A DNA stretch of 58,306 nt from Candidatus Eiseniibacteriota bacterium (lineage in GTDB: Bacteria; Eisenbacteria; RBG-16-71-46): positions 1 through 58,306 of the forward strand of contig DASSIN010000161.1 of NCBI GenBank assembly GCA_035691845.1. Direction: 5' to 3'. The notes below the pieces were generated by a model. That model was not told where the DNA came from. It saw only the letters and a program-made list of their open reading frames with translations, and searched no databases. A program made the position numbers and the translations under genes. Of the stretch, positions 1 through 8,437 are shown one piece after another. How positions within the stretch are numbered: position 1 is the first letter of the stretch; the number at the start of each line of letters is the position of its first letter.

Positions 1-651
1 GCGGTCGTGCTCGCGACCGCGGCGCCGGACGCCGCCGCGCTGGCCGCGCCGCTCGTGCGCGACTGGCCGGGCGGCCGCGCCGCGATCGCGCGGCTCGAGG
101 CGATCCCGGGCGTGCCGACGCTCACGCTGATCGCGGCCTACCCCGAGCGCGGCGAGCCGCTCGAGTTCGATCTGTGGTTCCCGCTCGAGACCACCATGCT
201 GCACGCGATCTCCAACGAATCCGGCAAGCGCGCGCCGGCCGGCCGCCGTGTGCTGGTGCTGCAGGCGCGGCCCAACTACTCGGCCGCCCACCTCGACGCC
301 GATCCCGCGGTCTGGAGCGCCGAGCTGCTGTGGGAGGCGTCCGAGCTGCTCGGCCGCTGGGCGGCGAAGCCGGCGTGGATCAGGACGCACGTGTGGCCGT
401 TCGCGCGCGTGCGCGCGCGCCATCAGCTGGCGGAGCCGATCGTGCTGCGCGCCCCGGGCGGCGCCGCGCTCGCGTTCGCGGGCGACGCGTTCGGGCCCGA
501 GGCGGGACTGGAAGCCGCCTACCTGTCCGGGCTCGCGGTGGGCGAGCGCATCGCCGCGCTGCTGCACGACCGCCAGCGCCGGCACGCACGCGCGTCGCGC
601 GCGAGCGGCGCCGGCATCGCGCACGGCGGCGGCGTGGCCGATCCCGTCTAG
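1..651 (+). CDS. FAD/NAD-dependent oxidoreductase, renalase-like (5'-truncated by window edge)
   Basis: Frame open from base 1; C-terminal 'LAFAGDAFGPEAGLEAAYLSGLAVGERI' matches the GD..(G/V)ExAxxSG ending of renalase/amine-oxidase-type flavoproteins. Confidence 0.7.
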   Translation, partial: AVVLATAAPDAAALAAPLVRDWPGGRAAIARLEAIPGVPTLTLIAAYPERGEPLEFDLWFPLETTMLHAISNESGKRAPAGRRVLVLQARPNYSAAHLDADPAVWSAELLWEASELLGRWAAKPAWIRTHVWPFARVRARHQLAEPIVLRAPGGAALAFAGDAFGPEAGLEAAYLSGLAVGERIAALLHDRQRRHARASRASGAGIAHGGGVADPV

Positions 652-668
652 CGGCTTTGGCCCCCAGC

Positions 669-1535
669 GTGGCCAGGCCCCAGGTTCCGTTGCTCGTCTC
701 GAGCGAGTGGCTGGCCGGCCACCTGAACGACCCTGGGCTGCGCATCGCCGACGTGCGCTGGTCGCTGCTCGAGCGCGACAAGGGCCGGAACGCGTACGCC
801 GGCGCGCACATCCCGGGCGCGGTGTTCGTGGACCTGGACACCGAGCTGGCGGCGGCGCCGGGGCAGGGGCCGGGACGGCACCCGCTGCCGGGCGCGGCCG
901 GGTTCGCGGCGGCGATGTCGCGCGCCGGCGTAGGTCCCGACACGCACGTGATCGCGTACGACTTCGGCGACGGCTCGACCGCCGCGCGGCTGTGGTGGCT
1001 GTTGCGCCATTTCGGGCACGAGCGCGTGTCGCTGCTGGACGGCGGGATCGCGCGCTGGCAGGCCGAGGGCCGGCCGCTCGAATCGCGCGTGCCCGAACCC
1101 GCGCCGGGATCGTTCGGCGCGCGGCCCCGCCCGGAGCTGGTGGTGGACGCCGAATTCGTGGAGCGCGCGCGCCACGATCCGCGCACGCTGCTGCTCGACA
1201 CGCGCGCCAGGGAGCGCTACGAGGGCCGGTTGGAGCCGGTGGACCCGGCCGCGGGCCACATCCCGGGCGCGAACAGCCATCCCTACGCCGCCAACGTGCG
1301 CTCGCCCGAGGACCCGCGCTTCCTGCCGCCCGCGGCGCTGCGCGCGCGGTTCGAGTCGCTCGGCGCCGGCCGCGCGCGGCGCATCGTGTGCTATTGCGGC
1401 AGCGGCGTGAACGCGTGCCAGAACGTGTTCGCGCTGGCGCTGGCGGGATTCGAGGACGCGCTGCTGTACGAGGGCTCGTGGAGCGACTGGTGCAGCGTGC
1501 CCACGCACGCGGTGGCCACCGGCCCGCGACCCTGA
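669..1535 (+). CDS. sseA: Two-domain rhodanese / 3-mercaptopyruvate sulfurtransferase
   Basis: LVSSEWL, HIPGAVFVD, GRHPLP, AARLWWLL, LDGG, GHIPGA, active loop CGSGVNAC, YEGSWSDW. GTG at 669 chosen inside ORF 174..1535. Confidence 0.9.
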   Translation: MARPQVPLLVSSEWLAGHLNDPGLRIADVRWSLLERDKGRNAYAGAHIPGAVFVDLDTELAAAPGQGPGRHPLPGAAGFAAAMSRAGVGPDTHVIAYDFGDGSTAARLWWLLRHFGHERVSLLDGGIARWQAEGRPLESRVPEPAPGSFGARPRPELVVDAEFVERARHDPRTLLLDTRARERYEGRLEPVDPAAGHIPGANSHPYAANVRSPEDPRFLPPAALRARFESLGAGRARRIVCYCGSGVNACQNVFALALAGFEDALLYEGSWSDWCSVPTHAVATGPRP

Positions 1536-1602
1536 TCGCGCGCGCACGCGCGAACGGCCCGGGCGTTGGCCCGGGCCGTTCCGTTTCCGGCGCGTGCGGC
1601 GG

Positions 1603-2565
1603 CTACCAGCGCGGCGGCCGCGCGAACCCCACCTGGCCGTGCTCGCGCTCCCACAGCCGGTCGTCGCCGTGGTCGGGGACGATGCCGAGCGCGCGCAGGC
1701 CGGACTCGTACTCGTAGCGCAGCACCAGCCGGTCGGTGGCGTTGCGCTGGGCGTCGAAGTGCGTCTCCGCCACGGGATCGTGCTTCGCCTCGCCCCAGCC
1801 GGTGCCGGGGTAGTTCTGCGCCTCGGGCGCCAGGCCCTGCGCGTCCGGCGCCGCCTTGCGCATGCCGTCGGCCTGCGCGCGCGGCGCGGCCTCGGGCGCC
1901 TCGTTCGAGCGATAGCCGTCGCGCAGCAACGGCTGCCACACCGGCGTCACCTCGGCGAACGTCGTCACGCGGATCCAGCCCATGTCGCCGTTCGCCTGCC
2001 CGCTGCGCTCGGCGTACGAGCGGCTCTCGTCCACGAACCGGAACTGCCGCACCTCGTCCAGCGACGTGCGCCAGCCGCGGATGGTCGCCGTCTCCCACGG
2101 CCCGAGCACGTACATCGGCTCGTTGCGCGAGCCCGACGAGCGCTCGCCGTTCACCACGTTGAGCCCGTCCACCGCCAGCACCACGCCCACGCGGCGGCCG
2201 GTGCGGTTGGTGAGCTGGAGCGCGTACGGACGACCCTGCTCCGCCTCGAAGTACCAGCGCACGCCCGGGCTCCAGAACCGGCCGGCGTCCGCTTTGGGGT
2301 AGAGCGGCGCGCTCTCGCCGCCGACCAGCACCTGCACCGACACCAGCCGGCCGGTGACGGCATCGTCGCTGGGGGACACGGCATCGCGCTCGCGCCAGTC
2401 CTGCGCGTGAGCCGGAACGGCGCACGCCAGCGCGGCGAGCAATGCCAGCGCCGCGATGCGCGGCTGCGGGCGGCGGATCGGCACGGGGACGGGCTCGGGA
2501 GCGCGCGGCGGCTGCGACCAACCGCGCGCGAGCCGGATGTTCGTGGGGTGGACGACGGCGTTCAT
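1603..2565 (-). CDS. Conserved hypothetical secreted protein
   Basis: Strong RBS (GAGGAGG) before ATG; hydrophobic stretch AALALLAALACAVPAHA; conserved-looking core NRTGRRVGVVLAVDGLNVVNG...YVL...IRGWR..LDEVRQFRF...SYAERSG. Confidence 0.75.
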   Translation of the reverse strand: MNAVVHPTNIRLARGWSQPPRAPEPVPVPIRRPQPRIAALALLAALACAVPAHAQDWRERDAVSPSDDAVTGRLVSVQVLVGGESAPLYPKADAGRFWSPGVRWYFEAEQGRPYALQLTNRTGRRVGVVLAVDGLNVVNGERSSGSRNEPMYVLGPWETATIRGWRTSLDEVRQFRFVDESRSYAERSGQANGDMGWIRVTTFAEVTPVWQPLLRDGYRSNEAPEAAPRAQADGMRKAAPDAQGLAPEAQNYPGTGWGEAKHDPVAETHFDAQRNATDRLVLRYEYESGLRALGIVPDHGDDRLWEREHGQVGFARPPRW

Positions 2566-2857
2566 GGCAACCTCCTCGCGGGTGCGCCGGCGGTCAGGTC
2601 GCCGGCCTCGTTGACGGTGATTGCACGAACTACGCCGCGTCCGGGCCGCGCATTCCCGGGCCCCGCAATCGCCACGTTTCCGTGGGGTTGCACGCGCAGC
2701 AGGGGAAGCGGCGTGGCCGCCGGTGTCCCGTTCCGTTCAGCACCCGCGAATCGCCCGCGCCACGCAGGTCGTGAATCCGCCACACCTGCTGGGCCGCGCG
2801 AAGAGTCGCGTGCCATCCCGAGTCAGGCCGGCGCGCCCGTCCCGGCTCAGGCGGCCA

Positions 2858-3631
2858 TCACCACGCCATGATGCTGTAGCCGGCGTCGACCATCAGCACT
2901 TCACCGGTGACGCCGCTCGACAGGTCGGACAGCAGGAACAAGCCCGCGCGGCCGACCTCCTCCTTGGTGATGTTGCGCTTGAGCGGGGCCTTGTCGGCGT
3001 GCTTCTTCAGCATGTCGGTGAAGCCGTGGATGCCGCGCGCGGCCAGCGTGCTGACCGGGCCGGCCGAGATCGCGTTGACGCGCACGTTCATGGGCCCGAG
3101 CTCGAACGCCAGCTGGCGCACGCTCTGCTCCAGCACCGCCTTGGCGCTGCCCATCACGTTGTAGCTCGGCACCGCGCGCTCGGCGGCGAGGTAGGACAGC
3201 GTCACGATGCTGCCGCCCTGCTTCATCAGCGGCAGCACGTGGCGGGTGACGCGCAGCAGCGAATAGGCGCTGACGTCGAGCGCGAGCTGGAACCCCTCGA
3301 CCGGCGTGTCCACGAACCGGCCTTCGAGATCCTCCTTGCGCGCGAACGCGACCCCGTGCACCAGCATCTCGATCGACCCCCACGCCGCTTCCAGCGCGTG
3401 CGCCACCGCCGCCACCTGGTCCTCGCGCGTGACGTCGCACTCGAGCACGCGCGTGCCCGGCAGCGTCGCCGCCAGCTCCTCGACGCCCGCCTTCAGCCGC
3501 TCGCCGGCGTAGGTGAGGCACAGCGCCGCGCCGGCGGCGTGGAGTTGCTGGGCGATGGCCCACGACAGGCTGCGATGATTGGCCACGCCCAGCACCAGCG
3601 CGTGGCGGCCATTGAGATCGATCGACACCAT
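2858..3631 (-). CDS. fabI: Enoyl-[acyl-carrier-protein] reductase FabI
   Basis: LVLGVANHRSLSWAIA, SAYSL, LSYLAAERAVPSYNVMGSAKA (Y-x6-K), VNAISAGPVSTLAA, SGVTGEVLMVDAG; GGAGG RBS before ATG 3631. Confidence 0.95.
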   Translation of the reverse strand: MVSIDLNGRHALVLGVANHRSLSWAIAQQLHAAGAALCLTYAGERLKAGVEELAATLPGTRVLECDVTREDQVAAVAHALEAAWGSIEMLVHGVAFARKEDLEGRFVDTPVEGFQLALDVSAYSLLRVTRHVLPLMKQGGSIVTLSYLAAERAVPSYNVMGSAKAVLEQSVRQLAFELGPMNVRVNAISAGPVSTLAARGIHGFTDMLKKHADKAPLKRNITKEEVGRAGLFLLSDLSSGVTGEVLMVDAGYSIMAW

Positions 3632-3660
3632 GCGTCCTCCGCCCGGGATGTGCGGCTGGG

Positions 3661-5640
3661 TCACGCCGCCCTGCGCGACTCCCACACGCGGATCGGCAGG
3701 ATGATCACCTGCACGCCCGCGAACTGCAGCCGGCGCTGGATCGAGAACGCGGTTTCGTGGTGCAGCGAGCGCGAGAACAGGTTCTCGCGCTGGAACACGA
3801 GCTGGCCCGCGAACACCACCGAGCGCCGGAACTCCTTCACCAGGTCGAGCACCATGTTCTCCAGCTCGGCGATCAGATCGGTGCCGATCACGTAGCGGTA
3901 CTCGGCGTACACCCCGAGCCGCTGCGCGAACTGCACGTACTGCTCGAGATCGCCGCGCACCTTGCCCTCCAGCGCCTCCAGGTCCTGCACGCCCTTGAAC
4001 TGGCCGGAGTCCACCACGCCCACGGCGCAGAACACGAAGTTCTTGTAGTAGCGTGGGAACATGCGCTGGATGGTGAGCAGCGTGTGCAGCCCGAGCCCGC
4101 CGTAGGATTCGACCAGCACGATCGCGGTCGGGCCGTCCACCGACAGCTCGGCGGTGTGCGCGGGCTCGTGCAGCGGCAGGTTGGACAGCTCCTCGTCCAG
4201 CGAGCGCAGCATCGCGCGCACGCGCACGTAGTGCCGGCGCACCACGCTGCAGTAGGCGATCAGGAACCCGGTCGCGACCAGCGTCACCCAGCCGCCCTGC
4301 CCGAACTTGATCACCGACGTGACGAGCAGGATCACGCCCGTCACGCACGTGCCGAGCGCGGCCACGAAGATGCGCCGGCGCCAATGGTGCTGCTCGCGGC
4401 GCGTGAGCCACCAGTGCCGCACCATGCCGAGCTGCGACAGCGTGAACGTCATGAACACGTTGATCGAGTACATCACGATCAGGATGTGCACCTGGCCGCG
4501 CGTGTAGGCCAGCACCAGCAGCGCGGCCAGCCCCATGCCGATGACGCCGTTCTGGGTGACGAGCCGCTCGGACAGGTGCGCGAACCGCTTCGGCACCCAC
4601 AGATCCACCGCCATCGCCGCCAGCGTGCGCGGGCCGGCCACGAACCCGGTCTGCGCGGCCACGAACAGCAGCGCGCCCTCGGCCAGCAGCGTCAGCGTCA
4701 CCACCGCGGGCCCGATCTGGAATCCGCCCACGCGCCAGCCGGCGGTGAGCGCCGACCACAGCGACGCGTTCAGCGTGCGGCCCTCCTCGAACCGGACGTT
4801 GGCGAGCAGGTAGCACAGCAGGATGCCGCCGGCCATGAACGCCAGCGAGCACGCCATGTACAGCATCGTGCGCCGGCCGGTGGCCACGCGCGGCTCGCGC
4901 AGGATGTCGGTGCTGTTGCTGACCGCCTCGATGCCGGTGAACGTGCCGCCGCCGAGCGAGTAGGCGCGCAGGAACACCACGATCACGCCCCACAGGCCGA
5001 TCTCGCCGATCGCGCGGCGCGTGTCGGCCAGCGTGTCGGGCACGACGCTCGGCACCTGCGCGCCGTGCACGACCACGCCGTACAGGATCAGCGCCACGTG
5101 CGTGAGCATGAACGCGACGAAGATCGGCGTCAGCACCTTCACCGATTCCTTGACGCCGCGCAGGTTCAAGCCGGTGAGCATCGCCACCACCGCGAACTCG
5201 ACCGGCACCCGCCACGGCAGCCAGCCGTGCGGCAGGAACGAGAAGATCGCGTCCACGCCGGAGGCGATCGAGATCGCGATCGTGAGCACGTAGTCCACGA
5301 CCAGCGCGCACCCCGACACCAGCCCGGGCACGGGCCCGAGCAGCTTGGTGCCCACCAGGTAGCCGCCGCCGCCGCTCGGGAACAGCTCGATGATCTGGCT
5401 GTACGAGGCCGAGATCAGGAACACGGTCACCATCATCGCGACGGCGAGGTAGAGCGCCAGGTGGACGTGGCCGCCGAGGTGGAGGTAGGCCTCCTCGGGG
5501 CCGTAGGAGGAGGACGACAGGCCGTCCGAGCCCAGCCCCACCCACGCGAAGAACGCGACCAGCGCGAGGGTGTGATGGATGCCCGGGTCGAGCAGATTTC
5601 GGGGGCCACCGAGCAGAATCGAGCGCCAGCGTCCGGGCAC
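3661..5640 (-). CDS. APC-family permease with C-terminal soluble domain (KimA/YdaO-like); start approximate
   Basis: DGLSSSSYGPEEA, SYSQIIELFPSGGGGY, LNLRGVKES, FTGIEAVSN, multiple hydrophobic helices followed by a ~130 aa soluble tail. Confidence 0.88.
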   Translation of the reverse strand: MPGRWRSILLGGPRNLLDPGIHHTLALVAFFAWVGLGSDGLSSSSYGPEEAYLHLGGHVHLALYLAVAMMVTVFLISASYSQIIELFPSGGGGYLVGTKLLGPVPGLVSGCALVVDYVLTIAISIASGVDAIFSFLPHGWLPWRVPVEFAVVAMLTGLNLRGVKESVKVLTPIFVAFMLTHVALILYGVVVHGAQVPSVVPDTLADTRRAIGEIGLWGVIVVFLRAYSLGGGTFTGIEAVSNSTDILREPRVATGRRTMLYMACSLAFMAGGILLCYLLANVRFEEGRTLNASLWSALTAGWRVGGFQIGPAVVTLTLLAEGALLFVAAQTGFVAGPRTLAAMAVDLWVPKRFAHLSERLVTQNGVIGMGLAALLVLAYTRGQVHILIVMYSINVFMTFTLSQLGMVRHWWLTRREQHHWRRRIFVAALGTCVTGVILLVTSVIKFGQGGWVTLVATGFLIAYCSVVRRHYVRVRAMLRSLDEELSNLPLHEPAHTAELSVDGPTAIVLVESYGGLGLHTLLTIQRMFPRYYKNFVFCAVGVVDSGQFKGVQDLEALEGKVRGDLEQYVQFAQRLGVYAEYRYVIGTDLIAELENMVLDLVKEFRRSVVFAGQLVFQRENLFSRSLHHETAFSIQRRLQFAGVQVIILPIRVWESRRAA

Positions 5641-5675
5641 GGCGCGCAATCTACGGGGGCGGCGGGATTTCGGCA

Positions 5676-5744
5676 ACGGCCCGCCCGCCGCGGCCGCGTG
5701 CGCCGGGCGCGGATTCCACGGCCCGCCCGTCGCGGCCGCGTGCG
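5676..5744. repeat. 27-nt direct repeat, 2 copies (5676-5702, 5718-5744), 1 mismatch, period 42 nt
   Basis: ACGGCCCGCCCG(C/T)CGCGGCCGCGTGCG read twice in the divergent intergenic gap. Confidence 0.85.
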
Positions 5745-5769
5745 TTACCCTCGATGGCTGGAGCGCACG

Positions 5770-7308
5770 ATGACACCCACTCGCGAACACCCGGGCCGCG
5801 CGGCGGCCGCGCTGGCGCTGACGCTGGCGCTCGGCGCCGGCCGGGCGCACGCCGCGCCGCCGGCGTTCACGCTGTTCGGCTGGGTGAGTCCGCCGCCCGC
5901 CTACACCACGGACGCCCACGTGGCCGAGATGGCGGCGGCCGGGCTCACGCTGATGCTGCCCGCCCAGGACGACTCCGGGCGGGTCGAGGACAACCGCGTG
6001 CGCCTCGACCTGGCGGCCGCGCACGGGCTGAAGTGCATCGTGTGGGACAACCGCTTCGAGCGCGTGGCGAGCCTGGGCGACACCACGGCGGCCGGCGGAG
6101 CGCTGCTCGATTCCATCGTGGCCGACTATCGCGACCATCCGGCGATGTTCGGCTACTACCTGGGCGACGAGCCGACGCGCGACCTGTGGCCGCTGCTCGG
6201 GCGGCTGTTCGCCGAACTGCACGCGCGCGACCCGGTCCATCCGGCGTGGAACAACCTGCTCGGTCGGATCGTCTATCCCGACACGGCCAGCTTCCACGCC
6301 GAACTGCACGACTACGTCGCGGCCGTGCATCCGGCGGTGCTGTCCGACGACCACTACGATTTCGCGGTCGACGGCGACGTGCACGAGTTCTTCGAGAATC
6401 TCTCCGGCCTGGCGGCCGAGGCGCGCGGCGACGGCCTGCCGTTCTGGGTCACGGTGCTGCTCGTCCAGCACACCGGGTTCCGGCAGCCGACGCCCGCGAT
6501 GCTGTCGTGGCAGGCGGCGATGGCGGTGGCGTACGGCGCGCGGGGCGTTGGCTACTTCACGTGGTGGACGCCGCAGCCGGTGTCGTTCTACACGTTCGCG
6601 CCCGCCGTGATCGACACCGACGGGCGGCAGACCGCGTGGTATCCGTTCCTCGAGTGGTTCGATCCCGCCCTGCGCGCGGCGGGGGAGACGCTGGCGCCGC
6701 TCGCATGGCGGGCCACGCTGCACGCTGGCGGAACGCCGCCCGGCGCGCAGCCGTTCGTGCCCGACGCGGACCTCGCCGGCGTCCAGGGCCGCGCCGCGAT
6801 CGGCGAGTTCGCGGACGCCTCGGGCCGGCGCACGGTGATGGTGGTGAACGCCGATTCGCTGGCGCCGCAGCGCGTGACGCTGGCGTTCGCGCCCGTGTTC
6901 GATCTCGAACGCCTGGGTGGTGCCCAGGGGAGCTGGGGTCCGATCGCGGTGCCCGGCGACGGCACCGTGCCGCTCGACCTGCCGGCTGGCGGGTTCGCGG
7001 TGCTGCGGTTCCGCGGACTTTCGGCGGTTTCACCCACCGGGATGGCCCGGTTGACTGCCATCCCGTCACCCGCGCGCGGCCGCGTCTCCCTGGCAGTGTC
7101 CGGGGCGCTCGAAGCCGGCCAATTGGAGGTGCTGGACGCCGCGGGGCGCAAGGTATGGTCGACCCGAACGCGTGCCGGAGACGTCACGTTGGCATGGGAG
7201 GGACAACGCGACGGGGCGGGCTTCGCGGCCCCGGGGGGCTATTTCGCCCGACTGACGACCCGGCAGGGCGTTGCGACGACGCGCTTCGTTTGGCTCGGGA
7301 AACACTGA
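5770..7308 (+). CDS. Secreted glycoside-hydrolase-like TIM-barrel protein with FlgD/T9SS-like CTD
   Basis: Signal peptide ending AHA; GYYLGDEP, VLSDDHYDF, AYGARGVGYF; CTD 'IPSPARG...VLDAAGRKV...WEGQRDGAGFAAPGGYFARL'. Confidence 0.75.
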   Translation: MTPTREHPGRAAAALALTLALGAGRAHAAPPAFTLFGWVSPPPAYTTDAHVAEMAAAGLTLMLPAQDDSGRVEDNRVRLDLAAAHGLKCIVWDNRFERVASLGDTTAAGGALLDSIVADYRDHPAMFGYYLGDEPTRDLWPLLGRLFAELHARDPVHPAWNNLLGRIVYPDTASFHAELHDYVAAVHPAVLSDDHYDFAVDGDVHEFFENLSGLAAEARGDGLPFWVTVLLVQHTGFRQPTPAMLSWQAAMAVAYGARGVGYFTWWTPQPVSFYTFAPAVIDTDGRQTAWYPFLEWFDPALRAAGETLAPLAWRATLHAGGTPPGAQPFVPDADLAGVQGRAAIGEFADASGRRTVMVVNADSLAPQRVTLAFAPVFDLERLGGAQGSWGPIAVPGDGTVPLDLPAGGFAVLRFRGLSAVSPTGMARLTAIPSPARGRVSLAVSGALEAGQLEVLDAAGRKVWSTRTRAGDVTLAWEGQRDGAGFAAPGGYFARLTTRQGVATTRFVWLGKH

Positions 7309-7338
7309 TCTTGGACCTTGCGACTGCCGATATTTCTC

Positions 7339-7366
7339 TTGACGAACCCGCTGCCCAGGCGAGAAT
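7339..7366 (+). promoter_or_regulatory. Candidate sigma70 promoter for 7591..8331
   Basis: TTGACG (7339-7344), 16-nt spacer, GAGAAT (7361-7366) in a locally AT-richer patch. Confidence 0.4.
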
Positions 7367-7590
7367 TTCAAGGAAGGAAATGCGCAGGTTCCGGTGCGGT
7401 CGTCCCATGGATCGGGTTCGCTTGTCCGCATTCGCGCGGGCGGGCACGGCCGGACCCCCCACCTCGGGACGGCGCCGGGCTCCGCAGATCGCGCGGGGTC
7501 GAATTGGGTAGCGGCTCAGATGAAGAAACGGATGTCTCCAGCTGGCCTGCATCTTCGCCTCGTCGTCTTCCAAACACCCAAGGAGGAATC

Positions 7591-8331
7591 ATGAAGAAGT
7601 CTCTACTCCTCACCGGCGCCATGATGCTGTTCGCCGCCGCCGCGTTCGCGAGCGGGGTGAACCTGACGTGGTCGTCCACCGGTTGCTGGACCGAAGATCC
7701 GCATGCGAACAAGGCGTTCGCGTGCAACTCGAACACCGGCAGCAACGTGCTCACCTGCTCGTTCGCGCCCGCCAACGACGAGCCCACGTTCGTGGGCATC
7801 GAGAGCATCGTCGATCTGCAGGCGGACGCCGCGACCGTGCCCGCGTGGTGGGAGTTCTTCTCGGGCGGCTGCCGTTCGACGGCGCTGTCGGCCAGCGCGG
7901 ACTTCACGACCGCCTCGCAGGTGTCGTGCGTTGACGTGTTCGCGGGCCTCGCGGGCGGCGGCATCACCGCGTACAAGACCATGGCCAACTTCGTCGGCGT
8001 GCCCGAGGTGTTCACGCCTTACGGCGGGCGCATCAAGGCGGCATTCGCGGTGGCGACCGAGGCTCCGCTCACGGCCGGCACCGAGTACTACGCCGACAAG
8101 ATGTCGATCAGCAACGCCAAGAGCACCGGCACGGGTTCGTGCGCGGGCTGCGCGACCGGCGTGACGATCGTGCTGAACCAGATCCGCTCGGGCGAGACCT
8201 CGGGTGCCTTCGAGATCCTGAACAACGCCATCAGCAGCCAGTGCGTGACCTGGCAGACCAGCAGCATCTCGTGCGCCGCGGTGCCGGTGCACAACAGGAG
8301 CTGGGGCCAGATCAAGTCGCTGTACCGGTAG
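7591..8331 (+). CDS. Secreted Cys-rich hypothetical protein with C-terminal SWGxIKxLYR motif
   Basis: AAGGAGG RBS, classical signal peptide (MKK...AAFA), 9 Cys, ends VPVHNRSWGQIKSLYR*, followed by a terminator hairpin. Confidence 0.9.
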   Translation: MKKSLLLTGAMMLFAAAAFASGVNLTWSSTGCWTEDPHANKAFACNSNTGSNVLTCSFAPANDEPTFVGIESIVDLQADAATVPAWWEFFSGGCRSTALSASADFTTASQVSCVDVFAGLAGGGITAYKTMANFVGVPEVFTPYGGRIKAAFAVATEAPLTAGTEYYADKMSISNAKSTGTGSCAGCATGVTIVLNQIRSGETSGAFEILNNAISSQCVTWQTSSISCAAVPVHNRSWGQIKSLYR

Positions 8332-8349
8332 TCATTCGCATCAGGCGCG

Positions 8350-8385
8350 AGGCGGCCGCCCGCAGGGGCGGCCGCCTTCGTGTTG
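8350..8385 (+). terminator. Intrinsic terminator-like hairpin
   Basis: Perfect 12-bp stem AGGCGGCCGCCC (8350-8361) / GGGCGGCCGCCT (8366-8377), 4-nt loop, then TCGTGTT; 18 nt after the stop. Confidence 0.75.
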
Positions 8386-8437
8386 GGGGGCCGATCGCCG
8401 CGTGCCAATTGCACGCCGCCTGGGGCATGCTTCCGCC

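Noticed and set aside
2665-2700. Possible c-di-GMP-I riboswitch (GCAA...GAAA stem)
   Set aside because: Lacks the GCAAA...GACGCAAAGCC core and the second stem.
5641-5769. Possible c-di-AMP (ydaO) riboswitch upstream of the KimA-like permease
   Set aside because: Neither strand shows the GCUGAAUCC / GGGGUGAA / GUCAGCUAAC elements, and the gap is taken up by the 27-nt repeat.
8140-8160. CAGC in the SWG-motif protein as a haem c site
   Set aside because: CxxC is followed by Ala, not His.
8409-8437. TTGCAC...CATGCT promoter for udgB
   Set aside because: The spacer is only 11 nt, incompatible with sigma70 geometry.
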